DNA of 64,000 nucleotides from an uncultured Planctomycetota bacterium (GTDB lineage Bacteria; Planctomycetota; Planctomycetia; Gemmatales; Gemmataceae): NCBI GenBank assembly GCA_963849325.1, contig CAWKHF010000005.1, positions 320,001 to 384,000 of the forward strand, read 5' to 3'. Shown piece by piece: positions 56,271 to 64,000 of this stretch (position 1 is its first letter; each line of letters starts with the position of its first letter). The notes under the pieces were generated by a model. It saw only the letters and a program-made list of their open reading frames with translations, ran no database searches and was not told where the DNA came from. The position numbers and the translations under genes were made by a program.

Positions 56271-56328
56271 ACGAGCCCGGAGCGCAAGCGACGGATTTTT
56301 CCGCCCATCGCTTGCGCTCCGGGCTCGT
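56271..56328. repeat. REP-like palindrome related to family 2
   Basis: ACGAGCCCGGAGCGCAAGCGA...TCGCTTGCGCTCCGGGCTCGT. Confidence 0.8.
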
Positions 56329-56379
56329 AGAAAAGAACTCGTAATCCCTTTTTTCCGAACCAGACAGAAGAATTGTCAA

Positions 56380-56408
56380 AATCTAGAACATGCTCCGCGG
56401 CCTGTCAA
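56380..56408 (-). promoter_or_regulatory. Sigma70-like promoter for the tad-like operon
   Basis: TTGACA-N17-TAGATT on minus strand. Confidence 0.65.
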
Positions 56409-56508
56409 ATGCCACACCGTTTGCTCGCCGTCGTTGCGTGAGCTAGACTCCAGCGCCGGCCGGGAGTGGTCCCCGGCGTCTGCCCCGCACCTCGATCCGG
56501 TGGCGGTC

Positions 56509-57306
56509 ATGATCGCAACAACCTTAGCTCCTCCCCCCGTCCGCAATCAGACGGACGCCGCCGCGGCGTTCGTGAACGTGTCCAAGACGTATCGAGACGG
56601 TCTGTTCCGCCGCCGTAACGTGGAGGCGGTGCGCGGCGTCAGCCTGCGGATCGAGGCCGGCGAGGTGCTTGGCCTGCTCGGTCCCAACCGCGCCGGCAAA
56701 ACCACGTTGGCCAAGATGCTGCTGTCGCTGTGTCAGCCGACGTCCGGCGCGGTGGTGCGCCTGGGCCGGCCGCTGTCCGACCGCGGTACGCTGGGACAGG
56801 TCGGCTACGTCCACGAGAACCACGCCTTCCCGCGCTACCTCGGCGCCGCCGCCCTGCTCGAATACTACGAGGCGCTGACGCTGCTGCCTTCCGAGTTGGT
56901 CCGCGAACGGGTGCCGCGCTTGCTGGAGCGCGTTGGCCTGGCCGACCGCGGACGCGAACCGATCGCTCGCTTCAGCAAGGGCATGCTCCAGCGCCTCGGC
57001 ATCGCCCAGGCGCTGCTCAACGAACCGCGCCTGCTGGTGCTGGACGAACCGACGGAGGGATTGGACCTGGGCGGCCGGCGTCTGCTGCGCGACGTGGTGC
57101 GCGAGGTGCGCCAGCGCGGCGGCAGTGTGCTGCTGATCTCGCACGTACTATCGGAGGTCGAGCACCTATGCGACCGCGTCGCCGTGCTGGTGGGCGGCCG
57201 GCTCGTCCACGATGGTCCGCTCGCCGAGTTGACACATGACGACTCCGGCGCGCCGCGTTCGTTGGAGAAGACCCTCAAAGACCTGTACGCAAAGACGAGC
57301 GCATGA
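56509..57306 (+). CDS. ABC transporter ATP-binding protein
   Basis: Walker A GPNRAGKTT, signature FSKGMLQR, Walker B LLVLDEP, ISH switch. Confidence 0.9.
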   Translation: MIATTLAPPPVRNQTDAAAAFVNVSKTYRDGLFRRRNVEAVRGVSLRIEAGEVLGLLGPNRAGKTTLAKMLLSLCQPTSGAVVRLGRPLSDRGTLGQVGYVHENHAFPRYLGAAALLEYYEALTLLPSELVRERVPRLLERVGLADRGREPIARFSKGMLQRLGIAQALLNEPRLLVLDEPTEGLDLGGRRLLRDVVREVRQRGGSVLLISHVLSEVEHLCDRVAVLVGGRLVHDGPLAELTHDDSGAPRSLEKTLKDLYAKTSA

Positions 57307-58218
57307 ACCTCTTCGCCATCCTATCCGCCGTCCGTTGGCTGGTCCGCGACACGTTTCGCCAGTCGCGCGCCTCCGGCGCCTTCGGGCTGATGCTCGCCGT
57401 CAGCCTGGCCGGCGTCGCTCTGTGCCTGACGACGACGCTCGTCGCCGATGGTCCCGACGCCCCTGGCCGCCTCGACCTGGCCTTTGGCGCCGTGCAGGTG
57501 CCGCTAGACGGCGGGCCGGACGCCGCGGTGCGAACGCTGGAGGCGTACCTGGCCGGCTGGGGTGCCGACACGGCCGGTCTGTTGCTGGCGCTGCTGTGGA
57601 CGGCCGGGTTTTTACCGTCGTTCCTCGACGCCGGCACGGCGGCGGTACTGCTGGCCAAGCCGGTGCCGCGCTGGGGCCTGTTGCTGGGCAAGTATCTCGG
57701 CGTCCTCGCCTTCGTCGCCGTGCAGGATGGCCTGTTCGTCCTCGGCACCTGGATGGCGCTGGGTCTCCGCACCGGCGTATGGGATGGTACGTATCTGCTG
57801 TGTCTTCCGTTGCTTCTCCTGCACTTCGCCATCTTTTTCAGCTTCTCGGCCATGCTGGCGTCGGCGACGCGCAGCACGGTCGCCTGCGTGTTCGGCTCGG
57901 TGCTGTTCTGGCTCTTGTGCTGGGCGATGAACCTCGGCCGGCACTGCCTGCTGCTGCTGCCAGACGTGCAAGGCGCGGCCGCTGGCCTCGGTCATACCGT
58001 CGAGCTGGGGTACTGGACTTTGCCCAAGCCTCTCGACGGTCATCTCCTCCTGCTGGGCCTCCTGCAAGACGATCGCGGGCTGGGGCGAGTCCTCGACACG
58101 CACGCCCTGACGGCGTGCGGCGCCTGGCAGCCGGTCGCCTCTCTACTGGCGTCGTGCCTCTGTGCCGCGGCGCTGCTGGCGCGTAGCGGCGTATGACTTC
58201 GTCACGGCGGAGTATTGA
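57303..58218 (+). CDS. ABC-2-type transporter permease (probable frameshift near the 3' end)
   Basis: ATGA overlap with the ATPase; DTFRQS, DTAGLLLALLWTAGFLPSFLD, LLAKPVPR..LLLGKYLGVL, YWTLPKP. Confidence 0.8.
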
Positions 58219-58253
58219 GCCGGTGAGCAACCGGCATCAACGGACATTCCCTT

Positions 58254-58640
58254 TCAAGGCGAGGGATCAGCAGCTGGCGGCCGTCGGATGCGCGTGTGAT
58301 TGATGTCTGCGACGACGAAGCAGCGTGCCAGGGTGTCAAGAGGCTGTTCCTGGACCACGCGCCGAAGGATTTCCAGGACGGCATCTCGGCTGCGATTGCG
58401 AGGACGCAGAAGGAGTATCCCCGGATGGGCGCCGGGCGGAAAGCGGCGGACGTCGGCAAAATCGAGATCAAGGGTGATGAAGAACCGCCCTTCCGAAACC
58501 GCCCGCTGCCACACCAAAGTGTCTTCCGCGCCGCTGAGTCCTTCGTCCGTCACGCGCTCCGCGGAGTAACCGGCCCCGTTCAAGAATTCCCCATGAGACT
58601 GGGCCAGGTTCTCATCCAGCTTGAGCCGCAACGCACTCAT
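58254..58640 (-). CDS. PIN-like (DUF5615/COG4634) toxin
   Basis: LKLDENL, GLSGAED, EGRFFITLDLDF, HPGILLLR; ATGA overlap with DUF433 gene. Confidence 0.85.
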   Translation of the reverse strand: MSALRLKLDENLAQSHGEFLNGAGYSAERVTDEGLSGAEDTLVWQRAVSEGRFFITLDLDFADVRRFPPGAHPGILLLRPRNRSRDAVLEILRRVVQEQPLDTLARCFVVADINHTRIRRPPAADPSP

Positions 58641-58867
58641 CGCAAGGGCACCAATTCCTCTTCACCGGCGAGGATCGCGGCATAGGACAGGGCTGCTCGA
58701 ACGTCCTCCGCGGTCAAGGGAGGATAATCGCGGACGATTTCCTCCGGGTTCAATCCCTCGGCCATATTATCCAGGATGACGGAGACCATGATGCGCGTCC
58801 CCCGAATGCACGGCTTACCGTGACAAACACGAGGATCGGTCGTGATTCGTTCCTGCCAACGATTCAT
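58637..58867 (-). CDS. DUF433 antitoxin
   Basis: RITTDPRVCHGKPCIRGTRIMVSVIL...EEI..DYP.LTAEDVRAAL.YA. Confidence 0.9.
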   Translation of the reverse strand: MNRWQERITTDPRVCHGKPCIRGTRIMVSVILDNMAEGLNPEEIVRDYPPLTAEDVRAALSYAAILAGEEELVPLR

Positions 58868-58947
58868 CGGAAAGGTCCTGCGGTCCTGGGAGCTTCGCCA
58901 TCTGGGCCTGAACTCATTCTAAGGAGGCGTCCACGAATGACTTCCAA

Positions 58948-59010
58948 GTTTAGCCGCGACGCGCAGCGGAGCGCGGGGCTGCCGCGCTCCGCTGCGCGTC
59001 GCGGCTAAAC
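58948..59010. repeat. REP-like palindrome (GTTTAGCCGCGACGCGCAGCGGAGCGCGG...)
   Basis: 29-bp perfect arms; a half copy overlaps the sulfotransferase stop near 13998-14012. Confidence 0.8.
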
Positions 59011-59154
59011 GAAATTATTACTGGACGCGCCCTAAGCGGCGAACCGGCTGGGTAGACAGCAATCCGTTTCCAAGTAGAAAAGGTCATCCGGATTTTCGAT
59101 CATGGCCGTCACCAGCACTTTGCCATGGATGATGTCTCCCTGATGTTCTCCCTT

Positions 59155-60456
59155 TTACTCTTCATGGCCGTGAAGAAAGCGCACCTGCACGTCCGGCCCC
59201 TGGATGTGGTGCAGCAGGTGGCGCGGCAGGTAGCAGCGGATACTGACACGGTCCTCGTGAAACTCCTGCCGATAGATCTCGGCGTGCGCCGCCAGGTACG
59301 ACAGTACCTTGCCGTTGCCGGCGCCAGTCTCGATGGCGGCGTCGGCGAAGTCGGCGCTGAGCATCTCGATCACCGCTTCTTGCAATTGCTCCAGTCCGCG
59401 CCGCTCGACGGCGCTGACGGCCACGGTGCGCGGGTGATGGCTCTGCAACACCTGCAAATAGGACGGATCGCTCACGCGGTCGGCCTTGTTGAGCACCAGC
59501 AGCGTCGGCTTGTCGCCGCAGCCCAACTCCTTGAGCACGGCGTTGACGGCCTTGATCTGGTCCTCGGCGAAGGGATTGCCGGCATCGACGACGTGCAACA
59601 GCAGCCGTGCTTGCCGGGCTTCTTCGAGCGTGGCCTTGAACGACGCGATCAGATGGTGCGGCAGGTCGCGGATGAAGCCGACCGTATCGCTGAGCAGGAC
59701 GCGGCCCCAGTCCTTGAGGTGCCATTGCCGCGTGCGCGTGTCCAGCGTCGAGAACAGCTTGTCCTCGACGTAGACGCCGGCGCCGGTCAGGGCGTTCATG
59801 AGCGTGCTTTTGCCGGCGTTGGTGTAGCCGACCAGCGAGACGGTGTGCTCCTCGCGGCGGCTGCGCACCTCGCGCTCCTTGCGCGCCTGCACCTCGACGA
59901 GGCGAGCCTTCAGGTCGCGGATGCGATGATCGACGATACGGCGGTCTTCTTCCAGCTGCGTCTCGCCGGGGCCGCGCGTGCCGATGCCGCCGGCGGCGCG
60001 GCCCAGGTGCGACCACATCTGCCGCAGACGCGGCAGGGCGTACTCCAACTGGGCCAACTCCACCTGCAAACGGGCCTCCATCGAACGCGCCCGCGTGGCG
60101 AAGATGTCGAGGATCAATTCGCTGCGGTCGAGCACCTTGAGCTTGGTGGCCTTTTCGAGGTTGCGGACCTGGCCCGGCGACAGATCGTTGTCGAAGATGA
60201 TGACGTCGGCGTCGCTGGCCTGGACCTGCTCTTGCAGTTCCTGGAGCTTGCCCTTGCCGATGTAACTGGCGGGGTTGACCTTGTCGCGGCGCTGGCACAG
60301 ACCGCCGACGACGATGGCACCCGCCGTGGTCGCCAGGCCGCGCAGCTCCTCCAAGGGGTCGCCGCCCAGCCACGGCCGCTCCGGCAAGGCCACGCTGACA
60401 AGAAAGGCACGTTCCAGGTGGACGGTCAGTTCGTCGCGGGTTGTATCGAGAGTCAC
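59155..60456 (-). CDS. hflX: GTPase HflX
   Basis: IGKGKL.EL, DR..LILDIFA.RA, EARLQVELAQL.Y.LPRL, RGPGETQLE, VGYTNAGKSTL, LFSTLD, DTVGFIRDLP, NKAD. Confidence 0.95.
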   Translation of the reverse strand: MTLDTTRDELTVHLERAFLVSVALPERPWLGGDPLEELRGLATTAGAIVVGGLCQRRDKVNPASYIGKGKLQELQEQVQASDADVIIFDNDLSPGQVRNLEKATKLKVLDRSELILDIFATRARSMEARLQVELAQLEYALPRLRQMWSHLGRAAGGIGTRGPGETQLEEDRRIVDHRIRDLKARLVEVQARKEREVRSRREEHTVSLVGYTNAGKSTLMNALTGAGVYVEDKLFSTLDTRTRQWHLKDWGRVLLSDTVGFIRDLPHHLIASFKATLEEARQARLLLHVVDAGNPFAEDQIKAVNAVLKELGCGDKPTLLVLNKADRVSDPSYLQVLQSHHPRTVAVSAVERRGLEQLQEAVIEMLSADFADAAIETGAGNGKVLSYLAAHAEIYRQEFHEDRVSIRCYLPRHLLHHIQGPDVQVRFLHGHEE

Positions 60457-60622
60457 AGTTGTTTGTTGTCCCTCCTTCTCCCTCAATTCTAGACTCACTC
60501 GTCAAGGGAAACCAAGTCGAAACGCACGGGCACGAATTTCGACCTACAATAACGAATGGCATGCGCGGACGGCGGTCCTTCCTCCCCTTGAGCTATCCGC
60601 GCCGCCGAGCGAGGGGCCTATC

Positions 60623-61332
60623 GTGGCGACAGCCCGCACCGGGGGCGACCCGGATTTACGCCTGTGGATCGAACGCCTCAAGGACAAGGACGGACACAAA
60701 CGGCTGCACGCGGCGACGGTGCTGGCGTCGCTGGGACCGCGCGCCGCACGGCCCTGGAAGCGATCATCGAGGCGCTGAAAGATCCCCTGCCGGAAGTGCG
60801 GCGCATGGCCGCCTTCAGCCTGGGTGAAATCGGCACCGAGGCGCGCACGGCCATCCCGGCGCTGATGCAGGCGCTGCAGGACGAGAGCGAGGCCGTCCGC
60901 CGTCGCGCCGTTGTTGCTCTGGGCGACATGGGGCCGGAGGCGCGGCTGGCCGCCGGCGCTCTCATCCAGTCGCTGCGCGACGCCAGCGCCTCGGTGCGCC
61001 GTCACGCCGCCGCGGCCCTGGGCGACATCGGGCCGACCGCCGCCGTCGCCGTCCCGGCGCTGATCGAGGCGCTGCGCGAAGACGACGTCAAGAACCGAGC
61101 GGTGTCGGCCGCCGCCCTGGTCAAGATGGGCACCCGAGCCGTGCCGCGTCTGATCGAGGCGCTGCGCGACGCCGACGCCAACGTCCGCCGTCACGCCGCC
61201 CGGACGCTGGGCAAGAACCCCCGCGCCGCCGACGCCGTGCCGGCTTTGACGGAACTGCTGCACGACCCCGAGCCGATGGTCCGCGACGCCGCCGCCGAGG
61301 CCCTGCGCTGCGCTTCCAGTTCGGAGTTCTGA
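60623..61332 (+). CDS. HEAT/PBS-lyase repeat protein (frameshift near 60750)
   Basis: Repeats of L..AL.D....VRR.AA.ALG.IG. Confidence 0.8.
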
Positions 61333-61395
61333 GTTCTGAGTGAAGAAGTCGGAGTTCGGTTTTCACTCAGAACTCAGAACTCCGAACTCAGAACT
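61318..61395. repeat. Inverted tandem heptamer element (AGTTCTG)n/(CAGAACT)n
   Basis: Heptamer arrays in inverted orientation; contains the HEAT gene stop. Confidence 0.8.
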
Positions 61396-61443
61396 TTTGA
61401 GTGGCGTTGTCAGATTCGCCGCCGTCTCGTTACAATCCACGCC

Positions 61444-61956
61444 ATGACGACGACTCCGCGTCAGACCGTGCCGTTCCGCGTCGGTATCGGACACGATACG
61501 CATCGTTTGGCCGAGGGTCGGCCTCTGCTGCTGGGCGGCGTTCGCGTCGAGCATCCGCGCGGCCTGGTCGGTCACAGCGACGCCGACGTCGTGCTGCACG
61601 CCCTGACCGACGCCCTGCTCGGCGCCGCCGGCCTGGGCGACATCGGCGACGCCTACCCCGACACCGACCCCGCCTGGAAGGACGCCGACTCGCGCCGCTT
61701 TCTGCGCGAAACGCTGGCCCGGCTGAACCAGGCGGGCTGGCGCGTGGTCAATGTCGATGTCATCATCTTCGCCCAGGAGCCGAAGCTCGGGCCGGTCAAG
61801 GCCGCCATCCGCCACAACCTCGCCGAACTGCTCGGACTCGACGCCGCGACCGTCAACGTCAAGGCCAAGACCGGCGAGCGCGTCGGCCACATTGGCCGCG
61901 CCGAAGCGCTGAGTTGCCAGGTCGTCGCCCTGATCTCACAAGGGAATAGGGAATAG
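61444..61956 (+). CDS. ispF: 2-C-methyl-D-erythritol 2,4-cyclodiphosphate synthase
   Basis: RVGIGHDTH, GHSDADVVLHALTDALLGA.GLGDIG..YPDTD, NVKAKT.E. Confidence 0.95.
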   Translation: MTTTPRQTVPFRVGIGHDTHRLAEGRPLLLGGVRVEHPRGLVGHSDADVVLHALTDALLGAAGLGDIGDAYPDTDPAWKDADSRRFLRETLARLNQAGWRVVNVDVIIFAQEPKLGPVKAAIRHNLAELLGLDAATVNVKAKTGERVGHIGRAEALSCQVVALISQGNRE

Positions 61957-62027
61957 GGAATAGGGAATAGCGACTCGAAATGTCTTTTCCCTATTCCCTA
62001 TTCCCTATTCCCTATTCCCTATTCCCT
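61941..62027. repeat. Inverted tandem heptamer element (AGGGAAT)n/(ATTCCCT)n
   Basis: Four copies followed by five or more inverted copies; contains the ispF stop and abuts the cysS SD. Confidence 0.85.
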
Positions 62028-62035
62028 GAGGAGTT

Positions 62036-63514
62036 ATGGCCCTGCGCGTCTACAACACGCTGACCCGTCAGAAGGAGGAGTTTCAGACCGTCGATCCGGG
62101 CAAGGTGCGCATGTACGTGTGCGGCCCCACGGTCTACAAGCCCAGCCACATCGGCCACATGGTCGGCCCGGTCATCTTCGACACGGTCAAACGCTTCCTG
62201 ACCTACCTGGGCTACCAAGTCACCTGGGTCGTCAACATTACCGACGTGGACGACAAGCTCATCGTCCGCGCCCGCGAGCTGGGCACCACGGTCAAGGAGC
62301 TGGCCGAGCGCATGACGCGCGATTACGTCGATTGCCTGCAAAAGCTCAACGTCACCGGCATCGACCACATGCCGCGCGCGACCGAGCACATCGCGGAGAT
62401 GATCGAGATCATGCACGGCCTAATCGCCAAGGGCCACGCCTATCCCTCCGGCGGCGACGTCTACTTCGACGTCAGCAGCGACCCGGACTACGGCAAACTA
62501 TGCAACCGCGATCCCGAACAGCTGGAGGCGGGGGCGCGTATCGAGGTCAGCGACAAGAAGCGCAACCCCGGCGACTTCGCCCTGTGGAAAGGCTCCAAGC
62601 CAGGCGAACCGGCCTGGGACAGTCCGTGGGGACCGGGTCGGCCCGGTTGGCACATCGAATGCTCCGCCATGAGCATGAAGCTCCTGGGCACGACCCTCGA
62701 CATCCACGGCGGCGGTCTCGATTTGCAGTTTCCCCACCACGAAAACGAACTGGCCCAGTCCGAATCGTTCACGGGACAGACGTTCGCGCGCTACTGGATG
62801 CACAACGGCCTACTCAAGATGGGACAGACCAAGATGGCCGGCTCGATCGGCAACGTGGTCAACATCGTCGATTTGCTCCAGAAACACTCGGCGGAGACGG
62901 TGCGCTTCCTGCTTCTGAACACGCACTATAGCAGTCCGATCGAGTACAGCGAGGATCGCCTCGCCGAGCTGCGCCGCGGTCTGGACGGGTTCTATCGCTT
63001 CTTCGAGCGCTACCAGCGCATCCGCGGCCGCGGCTTCCACGAGTTGACCGCGCCGGCGAAGCAGGGGCCGTTCGACGCCGGCTCGTCGCCGAGCGAGTTC
63101 CTCAACGACGTGGCTCGACTGCGGGCGACGTTCCTCGACAATATGTCCGACGATTTCAACACCGGCGGCGCCATCGGCGCGCTGAACGAACTGTTGACCG
63201 CCCTCAATCGGTTCGCCGATGCGCGGCAACTCGAAGGGCCGGGACGGACAGAAGAGGCCGTCACGGAGTTCGATCGCGGCGCGATCGTGCTGCGTGAGTT
63301 GAGTCAAGTGCTGGGTCTGTTCCACCGGCCACAGGAGAGCGGCGGCGCGAGCGATGAGTTGGTCAACGGCTTGATGCAGCTGCTTCTCGATCTACGGGCC
63401 GAGGCGCGCAAGGCCAAGAACTACGCTCTGTCCGACCAGATTCGGCAACGACTGGGACAGCTCGGCGTCACGTTGGAGGACCGCACCGGCGGCACCGGAT
63501 GGCGGAGGGGATGA
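62036..63514 (+). CDS. cysS: Cysteine--tRNA ligase
   Basis: MYVCGPTVY..SHIGH, NITDVDDK, DFALWK, GRPGWHIECSAM, HGGG.DL.FPHHENE, YWMHNG, KMAGS variant of KMSKS. Confidence 0.97.
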   Translation: MALRVYNTLTRQKEEFQTVDPGKVRMYVCGPTVYKPSHIGHMVGPVIFDTVKRFLTYLGYQVTWVVNITDVDDKLIVRARELGTTVKELAERMTRDYVDCLQKLNVTGIDHMPRATEHIAEMIEIMHGLIAKGHAYPSGGDVYFDVSSDPDYGKLCNRDPEQLEAGARIEVSDKKRNPGDFALWKGSKPGEPAWDSPWGPGRPGWHIECSAMSMKLLGTTLDIHGGGLDLQFPHHENELAQSESFTGQTFARYWMHNGLLKMGQTKMAGSIGNVVNIVDLLQKHSAETVRFLLLNTHYSSPIEYSEDRLAELRRGLDGFYRFFERYQRIRGRGFHELTAPAKQGPFDAGSSPSEFLNDVARLRATFLDNMSDDFNTGGAIGALNELLTALNRFADARQLEGPGRTEEAVTEFDRGAIVLRELSQVLGLFHRPQESGGASDELVNGLMQLLLDLRAEARKAKNYALSDQIRQRLGQLGVTLEDRTGGTGWRRG

Positions 63515-63544
63515 ACGCGGTCGTTGCATTGAGGCGAGGACATC

Positions 63545-63865
63545 ATGAACCCCTGGGCGCCGATCCGATACCGGGAATTCTGGGACGTCCCCCGCATCTT
63601 CCTGGTCCCCTATCAGGGGAAATGGTTCCTGTTCGACTGCCCTTTCGACGAGACGAGCGAAGATTATCCCGATTCGTATCGGGTCTACGTCATTCCCGAA
63701 CCTTCCGAGGAGGAACTCGCCGGCTCCTGGGATAAATTGCCGGAGAAGGCGATGCGCTGCTGGGGCGATGTCCCCATCGGGACAGTGCGCTTTGACCTGA
63801 GCAAACGAGGGGAGATCGACACCAGCGTCCTCGACGAGCTGACGGCTCGGAGCAACGTCGGTTAG
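63545..63865 (+). CDS. Hypothetical acidic protein (106 aa)
   Basis: GAGGA SD; YREFWDVPRIF...FLFDCPFDE..EDYPD.Y; family not recognised. Confidence 0.6.
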   Translation: MNPWAPIRYREFWDVPRIFLVPYQGKWFLFDCPFDETSEDYPDSYRVYVIPEPSEEELAGSWDKLPEKAMRCWGDVPIGTVRFDLSKRGEIDTSVLDELTARSNVG

Positions 63866-63899
63866 CCGCGCTGTCTTCTTGCTCTCCGCCTGCGGAGTA

Positions 63900-64000
63900 T
63901 CAGGGGTTCTTCACGCCGCCCAACACGCGGTTCAATTCCTCCAGCTCGACCGGCTTGGGCAGATGGGCGTCGAAGCCGGCGTCCTGCGTGCGCCGGCGGT
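63900..64000 (-). CDS. C-terminus of a receiver-domain protein (truncated by window)
   Basis: Minus strand reads RRRTQDAGFDAHLPKPVELEELNRVLGGVKNP*. Confidence 0.75.
   Translation of the reverse strand, partial: RRRTQDAGFDAHLPKPVELEELNRVLGGVKNP

Noticed and set aside
58254-58867. Toxin-antitoxin pair as a marker of a mobile island
   Set aside because: Common stand-alone module; no integrase or att-like repeats nearby
63545-63865. Possible orphan immunity protein for the RHS cargo
   Set aside because: About 39 kb from the cargo and family not recognised; size and acidity alone are insufficient

Overview
GC-rich bacterial DNA, very probably a planctomycete (Gemmataceae-like). The evidence is LEDR-type extracellular leaders, a TIGR03000-like protein, methanofuran/H4MPT-pathway genes and a kinase-tubulin fusion. 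The dominant feature is a ~28-kb minus-strand cluster (4136-32170) lying between methanofuran genes mfnF/mfnE and mfnB. It encodes six large secreted-type proteins: four Gly-rich PE-PGRS-like/beta-solenoid proteins, an Ig-repeat protein broken by a 98-bp MITE, and a ~2900-aa RHS protein with an internal cargo. A TPR-sulfotransferase sits among them. Five of the six end in Pro-Thr linkers capped by a conserved peptide, PH(A/T/N)RHPG(S/G), a candidate undescribed C-terminal sorting or processing signal. The rest of the window holds csrA, two ECF sigma genes, a lower-GC cassette with tandem prenyltransferase-fold proteins, scpA, an RluA-family gene, an S41 protease, TadE/TadG-like genes flanked by ABC components, a DUF433/PIN toxin-antitoxin pair, hflX, ispF, cysS and many REP-like palindromes. 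Single-base frameshifts are frequent, even in conserved genes, and probably reflect long-read assembly error. No tRNA, rRNA or CRISPR array was recognised. All family assignments are by motif recognition; no database searches were run.
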